DNA of 64,000 nucleotides from Bacteroidia bacterium (GTDB lineage Bacteria; Bacteroidota; Bacteroidia; CAIKAF01): NCBI GenBank assembly GCA_016742095.1, contig JACVCJ010000007.1, positions 59,854 to 123,853 of the forward strand, read 5' to 3'. Shown piece by piece: positions 55,523 to 64,000 of this stretch (position 1 is its first letter; each line of letters starts with the position of its first letter). The notes under the pieces were generated by a model. It saw only the letters and a program-made list of their open reading frames with translations, ran no database searches and was not told where the DNA came from. The position numbers and the translations under genes were made by a program.

Positions 55523-58411
55523 CTATCTCAGTAAGGTAACGTGTCCGTATAGTGTTTTTTCGTCACCGTTAATATACAAAATATCTACTTTATACACATA
55601 TACCCCTGATTCCAGGAGTTTGCCCGAAGGCAGTTTTCCGTTCCAGCCTTCGTACAGGTCGGTGGAGTGGAACATACGTTCGCCCCAGCGGTTAAAGATG
55701 TTCAGTTCAAAGGTCTGCACGCCGTAATCCACCACTTTCCAGAGATCGTTCAGTTCGTCGGCATTCGGGGTGAACGTATTCGGGATGAACGGTCCGTCGT
55801 GGTTCACGATCACGCGGTTATACGCGCTTATTTCGCAACCGTTCTCGTCGATGATCTGCATTTCGTATAAGGTGGTACGCTCCGGCCAGGCCATCGGTAT
55901 GGCGCAGTTGGTGCAGTTCAGGTTATAACCCGGCACCCATTGCAGCTGCAGGTTACCCGTGCCTCCACCATAGGTAGGCTGCAGGTAGGTAATATCACCC
56001 AGCTGTATTTCCTGTTGTACCGAATCGGCAAAAAGTACGGGCGGTTCGGTTACCACGGTGGCAAAGGAACTGTCGCAGCCGCGGCTGTCTTCGATCTGTA
56101 TCACATAGTTGCCGGCCTTCAGATGCCCGAGTGCTCCGGAGTTACCGCGGGGCACATTGTTCACGAAATAGCTGTATGGCGGCGTTCCCGTAAGCGGATT
56201 TACGTAGATGATACCGCTGGCATCGCCGTTACAGAGTACGTTGGAAACCTGGTAGGTAAAGTCGATGGCGCTGCCCGCTCCTACCGTAAAGCTGGCCGGG
56301 TACGGACAACCGTAACGGTCCGTTACCTGTACGCTGTAATTGCCTTTATTGATGCCGGAAATATCTTCCGTTACGGCACTGTTGCTCCACAGGTAGGTGA
56401 ATGGTCCCGTACCACCGGCCACGGCCAGGTCGATGGAACCATCGTACAGGTCAGTGCAGGATTCGTCGGTTACCACACCGCTGATATTGGGCGGAACGGT
56501 AAGCGTAACCAGGTTAAACACCGCCGTATCCAGGCAGCCGTTGTTATCGCGGATGATCACCGTATAGGTGCCCTGGGGCAGACCGCTGGCCACAGCTCCG
56601 TACTGCCCCGGGTTGCTGTCCCATGCATAGTTGTAGGGGCCTGTACCCCCGCTTACCGTTACACCGGCTTCTCCGTTGGTGCCCCCGATACAGTTTATGT
56701 CCGTAGAATCCTTGGTAAACTGCAGGGCTGCCGGACTGCTTACCACATGCACCGAGGTATCGGTACAACCGTAGCCGTCCTGTAATACAAGTGTATAGAA
56801 ACCGGGAGCCAGGTTATAGATACCCAGACCGGCCTGCGGAGGATTGGTCGCCCACAGTCCCGTTACCGGCTGTTCGCCCGTAAGGATGGTAACGGAAACG
56901 GAACCGTCGTTGAAGCCATAGCAGGAAACATTGGTAATGGTCGTATCAAAAGTGATGGTATCGCTTACGGTAACGTAAACCGTATCGCGTCCGCCGCAGG
57001 GCTGCGGAGCCGTGTAAATGATCTGGTGTATGCCCGAGCCGGCCACGGTAGGATCAAAGAAACCCGTGATGGTATCGGTGATACCCACACCCGACCAGAT
57101 ACCGCCTGTAATATCGACGCTGAGCGTATCGCCGGGGCCTTTGAGGCAGAATACCGGGGGCTGCGCCACTACCGGCGTATCGGGCGGTGAGTAATGGAAG
57201 AGCACAGAATCTATATTGGTACAACCCAGTGCGTTGGATGCCGTCAGATAGAACCAGGTATCCACATGCGGAACCGAGTCGATCAGCAGCGGCAGTGTGG
57301 GACCCGGAGGCGGGAAGCCCGGTATCGGCGGGTTGGAGGTCCAGGTGAGTGTTGTGGGATAGGTAAGCGTCTGGGCCACGGTCGGCGGCGGCGGCGGGAC
57401 CGAATAGATGGAGGCCGTTTGTGCCGAGCAGGAGTTATCGTTAATGGCCGAGTTGATATTACCGGAATTATAGGTTACGGTCGAGGGGCCGCAGGATGCC
57501 ATACCGGTAAAGGTAATGGTGGCATTGGTGAGCGCCCCCACGTCGGCACCGATACAGTCGTATATCTGTACCTGCCATCCGCCCTGTGTGGCATCGTTGC
57601 CGTATATCGGCGTCCAGTTGATGGGCGTATTGCCCGGCCCGTAGGTACCATAGGTACCACCCAGCCCGGAGGGCGCATTGGCACATACGTTCAGGTTGGC
57701 GGCCGATTCCGTGGAAAAACAGAGGTTGTTCACGTTATCGCCGCTGTTACAGATGGCTCCCTGTCCGTTGGCCCCGGGATTCGGCGACAGCAGTACGGTA
57801 CCTCCGCCCGGCCCCACCATATAAAAGGCCAGGTCGGACACATAGGTATGCACCGCGTTGAAGCATACGGTAATTTCGGTATTGGCATCAATAATAAAGG
57901 GATCGGGCGGCGGGTTATAATAGGTAAAATTGCTGTTGGAACTGTACACACCTGTAATAAGCGTGGTATCGCAGGAAGGCGGCAGGGAATCGATGATATT
58001 CAGAATGGTCTCTTTATGCCAGACCCAGGCCCTGAAGCAGCCCTGCACCACGTTATTCCCGTCGGTGATCACCACGCGGTAGCCACCCGAAGCCAGGTTG
58101 GTACGTGTGGAAGAAGGCACGTTCTGATCGGTAGACATAGCTACCCAGGAGTTGCTCACCGGGTTATAGCTGAACCATTCGAACTTCCAGCCCGGCACAC
58201 CGCCCGGGGGCGTAGCCGTAAGTGTGGCCGGCACCGGGTTGTTAAAGTAATCCGGGTCACAGAAAATATAAATGGGGTCCGGCGGCATACCGTTCGTATA
58301 GTTGGTAGCATCTACCGATGTGGCACCCGGGCCCGATAACTGGGCAAAAAGCGTATTTCCCGCCAGCAGGCAGAAGACCGTCAGCCAGGCAGATTTTAAC
58401 AGGCACTTCAT
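55523..58411 (-). CDS. surface protein with a P-domain-like module, SprB-type repeats and a T9SS type-B C-terminal sorting domain
   Basis: 962 aa with a signal peptide. It has a proprotein-convertase P-domain-like block (HTYVSDLAFYMVGPGGGTVLL...GGWQVQIYDCIGADVGALTNATITF). It has four SprB-type repeats (C-x-G-x-x-[DN]G...GG[TS][GP]PY[NST]Y). The C-terminus is IPNTFTPNADELNDLW...IFNRWGERMF...GVYVYKV...GHVTLLR. Confidence 0.85.
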   Translation of the reverse strand: MKCLLKSAWLTVFCLLAGNTLFAQLSGPGATSVDATNYTNGMPPDPIYIFCDPDYFNNPVPATLTATPPGGVPGWKFEWFSYNPVSNSWVAMSTDQNVPSSTRTNLASGGYRVVITDGNNVVQGCFRAWVWHKETILNIIDSLPPSCDTTLITGVYSSNSNFTYYNPPPDPFIIDANTEITVCFNAVHTYVSDLAFYMVGPGGGTVLLSPNPGANGQGAICNSGDNVNNLCFSTESAANLNVCANAPSGLGGTYGTYGPGNTPINWTPIYGNDATQGGWQVQIYDCIGADVGALTNATITFTGMASCGPSTVTYNSGNINSAINDNSCSAQTASIYSVPPPPPTVAQTLTYPTTLTWTSNPPIPGFPPPGPTLPLLIDSVPHVDTWFYLTASNALGCTNIDSVLFHYSPPDTPVVAQPPVFCLKGPGDTLSVDITGGIWSGVGITDTITGFFDPTVAGSGIHQIIYTAPQPCGGRDTVYVTVSDTITFDTTITNVSCYGFNDGSVSVTILTGEQPVTGLWATNPPQAGLGIYNLAPGFYTLVLQDGYGCTDTSVHVVSSPAALQFTKDSTDINCIGGTNGEAGVTVSGGTGPYNYAWDSNPGQYGAVASGLPQGTYTVIIRDNNGCLDTAVFNLVTLTVPPNISGVVTDESCTDLYDGSIDLAVAGGTGPFTYLWSNSAVTEDISGINKGNYSVQVTDRYGCPYPASFTVGAGSAIDFTYQVSNVLCNGDASGIIYVNPLTGTPPYSYFVNNVPRGNSGALGHLKAGNYVIQIEDSRGCDSSFATVVTEPPVLFADSVQQEIQLGDITYLQPTYGGGTGNLQLQWVPGYNLNCTNCAIPMAWPERTTLYEMQIIDENGCEISAYNRVIVNHDGPFIPNTFTPNADELNDLWKVVDYGVQTFELNIFNRWGERMFHSTDLYEGWNGKLPSGKLLESGVYVYKVDILYINGDEKTLYGHVTLLR

Positions 58412-58414
58412 ACG

Positions 58415-58810
58415 TTATTCCACTGTAATTTGCCCGCAGCTGCTGAAATGCTGCTGGTTTATTTTAACATCCTGTATCTCCAGAGCACAGAAGAACTTGC
58501 GCAGTAATTCCTGGAAGCCGGCTTTGGAAGTTACTTTAAAATAAAGGTAGGCATGGCCCGACGTTGTTCCTGCGGTAAGTACGGGATCGAAATTCACGAC
58601 ACCCGGGATTTCCATTACCTGGGCCTTGTATGACTTGAGGATCACCGGGTCGGAGCTGAAATTCTCCAGGGTCATATAAGCCCCCTGCTCCTGCCCCGAG
58701 TAATCAACGGAAGATATCGTCATACCGGCTTTCGGAACCGCCTGCTGGGCAAATGCGACCTGCAATCCCCCGCAAACAGCCAGTAATAGAATGAATACAC
58801 TTTTTTTCAT
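58415..58810 (-). CDS. hypothetical small secreted protein
   Basis: 131 aa with signal peptide MKKSVFILLLAVCGGLQVAFAQ. Its stop lies 3 nt before the start of the 962-aa gene, so the two are probably co-transcribed. Confidence 0.6.
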   Translation of the reverse strand: MKKSVFILLLAVCGGLQVAFAQQAVPKAGMTISSVDYSGQEQGAYMTLENFSSDPVILKSYKAQVMEIPGVVNFDPVLTAGTTSGHAYLYFKVTSKAGFQELLRKFFCALEIQDVKINQQHFSSCGQITVE

Positions 58811-59007
58811 GGTTTTTTATTTCACTTTTTCGCCGTTTCCTGAAAGTCAATATGAACAACGTTTTACGTTCATTTTATGCCTTTCACGGAATCAGCGTTT
58901 TAAGATTTATTAACAAATGTAAGAAACAAAACAAGGAATATCAAACGGAAAGCGAAAAAAAATGAAATTTTCGACCATTAAAAGTTCAGCAGACTGCTGA
59001 AAAACGG

Positions 59008-59045
59008 CCTAAAACAGGAATGCGCCAGGGTGTTCCGGCGCATTC
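59008..59045 (-). terminator. Rho-independent terminator after the repeat-protein gene
   Basis: Perfect 9-bp stem GAATGCGCC (59018-59026) / GGCGCATTC (59037-59045). On the minus strand it is followed by CTGTTTTAGGCCGTTTTT, and a second small hairpin (TTCAGC/GCTGAA) lies further downstream. Confidence 0.6.
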
Positions 59046-59070
59046 ACAGATTGTGTATGAGAAAAAAAGT

Positions 59071-59472
59071 TTACTGAAAATCAAAGAAAAAGAACCAGGC
59101 AGCTACATTGGGCGAATTGATGTTTTCGTAATACCCGATGGTACTGCGGCTGCTGTTCATTACACGACCGTTCTCGATATAGCCGATGGTGCTGCGGTTG
59201 CTGTTCAACACGCGGCCCGATTCAAAATAACCGAGTGTACGACGGCTACTGTTAAGGAAACGGTCGCCTTCGAAATATCCGAGCGTGCTGCGACTGCTGT
59301 TCATGATCCGCCCACCGTCGAAGTAACCTACGGTACTGCGGCTGCTGTTCATCACACGGCCGTCGTTCTCTATATAGCCTGTGGTACTGCGGCTCTCGTT
59401 CATTAAGCGTTGTGCCTTTAATTGTACGGTCCCCCCCATTACCCCCAGTAAAATGATAAGTGCGTACTTCAT
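59071..59472 (-). CDS. small secreted tandem-repeat protein (six 16-17-aa units)
   Basis: 133 aa from the ATG at 59470-59472 (signal peptide MKYALIILLGVMGGTVQLKAQ). Six units of consensus N-S-S-R-S-T-x-G-Y-[IF]-E-x-G-R-[VI]-[ML] follow, then a hydrophobic tail AAWFFFFDFQ. Confidence 0.7.
   Translation of the reverse strand: MKYALIILLGVMGGTVQLKAQRLMNESRSTTGYIENDGRVMNSSRSTVGYFDGGRIMNSSRSTLGYFEGDRFLNSSRRTLGYFESGRVLNSNRSTIGYIENGRVMNSSRSTIGYYENINSPNVAAWFFFFDFQ
59122..59400 (-). repeat. 48-nt coding tandem repeat, about 6 copies
   Basis: GTACTGCGGCTGCTGTTCAT-like segments recur at a 48-nt period on the plus strand. They correspond to the NSSRST.GY peptide units at residues 25, 42, 58, 74, 90 and 106. 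Confidence 0.8.
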
Positions 59473-59571
59473 GTTTAACCCAAATCTATATTCATCCCGC
59501 CTTATCAAAGTCAAAAACCGTACCAAACTGACCGAATATCGAATAAAATGCGTCTAATATCCTCAAAGAGG

Positions 59572-59600
59572 AACAAAAAAGCCGGGCTGTACCCGGCTTT
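59572..59600 (-). terminator. Rho-independent terminator after lspA
   Basis: Perfect 9-bp stem AAAGCCGGG (59578-59586) / CCCGGCTTT (59592-59600). On the minus strand it is followed by TTTTTG. Confidence 0.85.
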
Positions 59601-59607
59601 CGTAACT

Positions 59608-60291
59608 TTATGCTTCTGCAGTTTTTCGTTTTTGGGAGGCATCCTGCATTACAGGATCGTTAAATATCTTCCGGTAGAAGATCAGTATCAGGAATACGCC
59701 TATGGAAATGGAGGCGTCGGCAAAATTGAACACCGGCCTGAAGAATATAAAGCGGTCCCCGTCGCTGAAGAGGAATTCAGGCATCCAGGAGGGAGCGTCC
59801 TCTTTCTTTATATTAATGATCTCGGAATAGAACATGTCTACCACTTCGCCCTTGAATACGGGGGCATAGCCTCCTTCTTCGGGCATAAAGACGGCCACTT
59901 CACGGCAATTCTCTATATGGCGCGGGTTACCGCAGGTACTGGAAAACACGCGGCCGTATACCATACTGTCGATGATATTCCCGGCGGCTCCGGCCACGAT
60001 CAGCGACATGGCCACGATCAGGTGCGTCGACGCCTTTTTCTTTGCCCAGCCGTACAACAGGTATCCCAGGCCCGCTACCGCAAATATGCGGAAGAGAGAC
60101 AGTACGATCTTGCCGCCGTCGCCCCCGAGTTCCATGCCGAAGGCCATACCGTTGTTCTCGATAAAATGCAGCTGCAGGAAATCGCCCAGCACCTTACGGG
60201 TTTCGCCGTAATGAAAGGTGGTCTTGATCCATATCTTTATGATCTGGTCCACGACCAGCACCCCCGTAAAAATGAGTACGGGTACACGCAT
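59608..60291 (-). CDS. lspA: lipoprotein signal peptidase (signal peptidase II)
   Basis: Motifs VVDQIIKIW, NNGMAFGM and FNFADASISIGV. I chose the ATG at 60289-60291, because the ORF-track start at 60312 is a TTG. It is longer than typical LspA because of an internal insertion. Confidence 0.85.
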   Translation of the reverse strand: MRVPVLIFTGVLVVDQIIKIWIKTTFHYGETRKVLGDFLQLHFIENNGMAFGMELGGDGGKIVLSLFRIFAVAGLGYLLYGWAKKKASTHLIVAMSLIVAGAAGNIIDSMVYGRVFSSTCGNPRHIENCREVAVFMPEEGGYAPVFKGEVVDMFYSEIINIKKEDAPSWMPEFLFSDGDRFIFFRPVFNFADASISIGVFLILIFYRKIFNDPVMQDASQKRKTAEA

Positions 60292-60322
60292 AATTTGCCA
60301 GAAATTCTTCAACGCCGTTCCT

Positions 60323-60703
60323 TTATTTATTTTGTTTCAGCTTGGCTTCCATGCTCAGTGTAGCATGCGGAACAGCCAGCAGGCGTTCTTTCTGGATCAG
60401 TTTGCCGGTTTCGCGGCAGATACCGTATGTTTTATTCTGGATACGTGTAAGTGCGGCTTCGAGGTTCTGGATGAATTTTTTCTGACGTACGGCCAGCTGC
60501 CCGATCTCTTCGCGGGTCATAATTTCGCTGCCGTCTTCCACCAGTTTAAAGGTAGGCGAAGTATCATCCGTAGAATTACTATCCTTGTAATTGAATGTAT
60601 TCTGCAATAAATCAAGCTCTTTGCTTGCTTTTTCGAGCTTTTTCTCGATCAGGCTCTTGAACTCTTCCAGTTCTTCATCGGTATATCTCAACTTTTCTGC
60701 CAT
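60323..60703 (-). CDS. TraR/DksA family transcriptional regulator
   Basis: 126 aa with a coiled-coil N-terminal part and C-terminal YGICRETGKLIQKERLLAVPHATLSMEAK. This is the Bacteroidota DksA/TraR-type with a degenerate zinc finger. Confidence 0.8.
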   Translation of the reverse strand: MAEKLRYTDEELEEFKSLIEKKLEKASKELDLLQNTFNYKDSNSTDDTSPTFKLVEDGSEIMTREEIGQLAVRQKKFIQNLEAALTRIQNKTYGICRETGKLIQKERLLAVPHATLSMEAKLKQNK

Positions 60704-60780
60704 GGTATATATTATTGTTGAATAATTGTGTACATAGTACGTGTTATAAGAGATGGAGTTACATAAATGTTCATAAAAGC

Positions 60781-63700
60781 TTATTTTTTGTTGATTAATA
60801 CTTTTACGGCAACACCCTCTGCCAATACAACTTCCGGCTGGGTTTCGTCCAGTTCGGGGACCCAGTTTATCCCGTCGGCCAGGGTCTCTGCCTGCACGTA
60901 AGCGGCAAAAGGTTGTATGGCATCGTATATAACGTCGTTTTTCTCAATAGTAATATCTATGCGGTCGGTAAGCTCCAGGTCGGCCTCCTTGCGCAGGGTC
61001 TGGATGCGGTTCACCAGGTCGCGCGTAAGTCCTTCGCGGACCAGTTCGTCCGTAAGTGTGATATCGAGCGCCACGGTGATCTTTCCGTCGCCGGCCACCA
61101 GCTGCCCGGGAATATCTTCGGTGAGTATCTCTACGTCTTCCAGCGCCAGTTCGGCCTGTCCGCCCGGCAGATCCAGCAGGATACGGCCTTCGCGTTCGAG
61201 GCTGCGGATCTCGGCCTGTCCGAAGGCGGCCACCGCAGCGGCTACGGCTTTCATGTCCTTGCCGAATTTCGGGCCCAGTTTCTTAAAGTCGGGCCTGGCC
61301 ACCTTTACGATCTGGCTGTTCTCTTCGGTCACGTATTCGATCTCTTTTACGTTCACCTCGGCACGTACCAGGTCTTCTACCTGCTGTATCAGCGCTTTCA
61401 TGGCCGGGTTCAGCACCGGGATGCTTACTTTGGCCAGGGGCTGGCGTACGCGTATCTTTTCTTTCTTGCGCAGGCTGAGCACCAGGGAAGATATACGCTG
61501 TGCGTACTGCATTTTTTCTTCCAGTTCGGCGTCGATGAACTTCGGGTCCGCTTCCGGGAAATCGGCCAGGTGTACGCTCAGGGCCCTGTTACGGCCGCTT
61601 ACACGGTTCAGGTCGCGGAACAGCTGCTCGCTGTAGAACGGCGCTACCGGGCTCATGAGGCGGGCTACCGTTTCCAGGCAGGTATACAGGGTCTGGAAGG
61701 CGCTGATCTTGTCGCTTTCGTACTCGCCCTTCCAAAAGCGGCGGCGGCAGAGGCGTACGTACCAGTTGCTGAGGTCGTCGTTCACAAAATCGCTGATGAG
61801 ACGGCAGGCCGTATGCGGTTCGTAATTTTCGAACTCACGCTCTACCTTCTGCACCAGGGTATTCAGCAGCGACAGTATCCAGCGGTCGATCTCCGGACGC
61901 TCCTGTACATCGGCCTCTTTGTAGGCAAAACCGTCCACGTTGGCGTAGAGTGCAAAGAAATTGTAGGTGTTGTGCAGGGTGCCGAAGAACTTGCGCAGCT
62001 CTTCCTGTACCCCGTCGGGATTGAACTTGAGGTTTTCCCAGGGCGCCGCATTGCTGATGAGGTACCAGCGCACGGCATCGAAACCGTATTTATCCCCCAT
62101 TTCGAAAGGATCTACGGCATTGCCCAGGCGCTTGCTCATTTTATTACCGTTGCGGTCGAGCACCAGGCCGTTCGATACTACGTTCCTGAACGCCACCGAG
62201 TCGAAAAGGCCGACCGCAATAGCATGCAGGGTAAAGAACCAGCCACGGGTCTGGTCTACGCCTTCGGCGATAAAATCGGCCGGGAAGTTCTTCACTTCGC
62301 CGCCCATGTAGTGGTTCTGGGCGTAAGGCATGGCCCCGCTGTCGAACCATACGTCGATCAGGTCGGTCTCGCGGCGCATAGGTTTGCCGCTGTCCGAAAC
62401 CAGTATGATATCGTCCACGAAGGGACGGTGCAGGTCAAAATTATCGTCGATCACGTTGGCGGCCATCAGTCCGGCATCCACGGCCTTTTGTACTTCGGCG
62501 CGCAGTTCATCCACGCTGCCGATGCATTTTTCAGCGCCGTCTTCGCTGCGCCATACCGGCAGGGGCACGCCCCAGTAGCGCGAACGGCTCAGGTTCCAGT
62601 CCACCAGGTTCTCCAGCCAGTTACCAAAACGGCCGCTGCCTGTACTTTCGGGCTTCCAGTTGATGGTCTTGTTCAGTTCGATGAGGCGGTCCTTATAGGC
62701 CGTGGTCTTTACAAACCAGCTGTCGAGCGGGTAATAGAGCACGGGTTTATCGGTACGCCAGCAGTGCGGGTAGCTGTGTTCGTAGGTCTCTTTTTTAAAG
62801 AGCTTACCTTCTTCCTGCAGGCGCAGCACAATGCGTTCGTCCACGCTCAGGTAAGCCTTCAGCTCGCGGATCTTGCCGTTCTCTTCGAGTATCTTTTTCT
62901 GTTTTTCGAACTCGGCCTGTTTCTCGGCGTCGTTCAGGTAGGCTTCTTTTACAAATTCTTCGCCGTACAGGTACACGCCGTCCTGCACTTCGGAAGTAAA
63001 ACGACCGCGTTTGTCTACCAGGGTAAGGCTGCCGATACCGTTGAGCTTAGCCACTCTAAAGTCGTCGGAACCGAAGCTGGGGGCAATGTGTACGATACCC
63101 GTACCATCGGTGGTGGTCACAAAATCAGCGGTAACGATGCGGAAGGCGTCACCGTCGGCAGGCTGTGCAAAGGGCAGCAGCTGTTCGTAGCGCAGGCCCG
63201 CCAGTTCCGAACCTTTCAGGGTGTGCAGTATGCGGTACGGAATGATCTTATCGCCGGCTTTGTACGCATCAGGATCGGCATCGAGGCCTTTTTCATTAAA
63301 ATAAGCCCCTACCCGGTCCTTCGCCAGCAATACGGTAATGCGTTCGTGCGAATAGGCGTTGAAGGTCTCCACCAGCACATAGTCGATGTTCTTGCCTACG
63401 GCCAGGGCCGTGTTCGAAGGCAGGGTCCAGGGGGTGGTGGTCCAGGCCAGTACGTATACGTCGCCGGCGGCGGGGAGGCTGCCTTTATCGCTCAGCCGGA
63501 ACTGCACCACGGCGGTACGGTCCTTTACGTCGCGGTAAGCGCCGGGCTGGTTCAGTTCGTGCGTACTGAGGCCCGTACCGGCGGCCGGACTGTAGGGTTG
63601 AATGGTGTATCCCTTGTACAGCAGGCCTTTATCGTAAAATTTCTTCAGCAGGAACCATACGCTTTCGATATAGTCGCGCTCAAAAGTGATGTACGGATCG

Positions 63701-64000
63701 TTCATATTTACCCAGTAGCCCATGCGGCGGGTAAGATCGTTCCATACGTCGGTATATTTCATAATGGCCTTGCGGCATTCATTATTATATTCTTCAATGC
63801 TGATCTTTACGCCGATGTCGTCCTTGCGGATGCCGAGGCGTTTTTCCACTTCCAGTTCCACCGGAAGCCCGTGTGTGTCCCAGCCGGCCTTACGCTCCAC
63901 GCGGAAGCCCTTCAGGGTTTTGTAACGGCAGAACAGGTCCTTTACCGTGCGTGCCATTACGTGGTGAATACCCGGCACGCCGTTGGCGCTGGGCGGGCCT
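60781..64000 (-). CDS. ileS: isoleucine--tRNA ligase, 5' end outside the window
   Basis: Over 1065 aa of continuous ORF running off the window edge. It contains the KMSKRLGN (KMSKS) motif and the CP1 editing domain. The HIGH region lies beyond 64000. Confidence 0.95.
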   Translation of the reverse strand, partial: GPPSANGVPGIHHVMARTVKDLFCRYKTLKGFRVERKAGWDTHGLPVELEVEKRLGIRKDDIGVKISIEEYNNECRKAIMKYTDVWNDLTRRMGYWVNMNDPYITFERDYIESVWFLLKKFYDKGLLYKGYTIQPYSPAAGTGLSTHELNQPGAYRDVKDRTAVVQFRLSDKGSLPAAGDVYVLAWTTTPWTLPSNTALAVGKNIDYVLVETFNAYSHERITVLLAKDRVGAYFNEKGLDADPDAYKAGDKIIPYRILHTLKGSELAGLRYEQLLPFAQPADGDAFRIVTADFVTTTDGTGIVHIAPSFGSDDFRVAKLNGIGSLTLVDKRGRFTSEVQDGVYLYGEEFVKEAYLNDAEKQAEFEKQKKILEENGKIRELKAYLSVDERIVLRLQEEGKLFKKETYEHSYPHCWRTDKPVLYYPLDSWFVKTTAYKDRLIELNKTINWKPESTGSGRFGNWLENLVDWNLSRSRYWGVPLPVWRSEDGAEKCIGSVDELRAEVQKAVDAGLMAANVIDDNFDLHRPFVDDIILVSDSGKPMRRETDLIDVWFDSGAMPYAQNHYMGGEVKNFPADFIAEGVDQTRGWFFTLHAIAVGLFDSVAFRNVVSNGLVLDRNGNKMSKRLGNAVDPFEMGDKYGFDAVRWYLISNAAPWENLKFNPDGVQEELRKFFGTLHNTYNFFALYANVDGFAYKEADVQERPEIDRWILSLLNTLVQKVEREFENYEPHTACRLISDFVNDDLSNWYVRLCRRRFWKGEYESDKISAFQTLYTCLETVARLMSPVAPFYSEQLFRDLNRVSGRNRALSVHLADFPEADPKFIDAELEEKMQYAQRISSLVLSLRKKEKIRVRQPLAKVSIPVLNPAMKALIQQVEDLVRAEVNVKEIEYVTEENSQIVKVARPDFKKLGPKFGKDMKAVAAAVAAFGQAEIRSLEREGRILLDLPGGQAELALEDVEILTEDIPGQLVAGDGKITVALDITLTDELVREGLTRDLVNRIQTLRKEADLELTDRIDITIEKNDVIYDAIQPFAAYVQAETLADGINWVPELDETQPEVVLAEGVAVKVLINKK

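Noticed and set aside
58852-58965. A 37-codon plus-strand ORF (MNNVLRSFYAFHGISVLRFINKCKKQNKEYQTESEKK) in the AT-rich spacer upstream of the 131-aa gene.
   Set aside because: There is no recognisable promoter or terminator of its own. Its composition simply reflects the A-rich spacer, and the region is better explained as the leader and promoter of the minus-strand operon. I cannot exclude a micropeptide, but I have no supporting evidence.

Overview
This 64-kb chromosomal segment reads as Bacteroidota. The evidence is T9SS type-A and type-B C-terminal sorting domains, DUF1573/DUF2141 proteins, bshC, and TAnnTTTG-type -7 promoter boxes. The DNA is GC-rich: the one 60-nt backbone sample I counted is 60% G+C. 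I call 55 protein-coding genes, most on the minus strand. I saw no rRNA, tRNA, CRISPR array, transposase or integrase. Housekeeping content includes an S41 protease, murI, L31, bshC, purT, LPS-type glycosyltransferases, clpB, mpl, ftcD, ppk2 and an ileS-dksA/traR-lspA operon. Accessory content includes five large T9SS-secreted surface proteins: four with type-B sorting domains (two are tandem paralogues with internal 501-bp repeats) and one with type-A. It also includes a MarR-TolC-HlyD-ABC-2 efflux operon with no ATPase, a HigBA toxin-antitoxin pair, an orphan SUFU-like immunity-type protein, a glycine-rich secreted protein and a small protein built from 16-aa tandem repeats. The best candidate for an undescribed system is an AT-rich three-gene operon at 20554-22150, inserted between a thrC-like gene and clpB. 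It encodes a TIGR04255-like protein plus two proteins with no family I can recognise. It has no mobility genes and has its own promoter-like boxes. All family assignments come from motif recognition by eye, and no database search was run.
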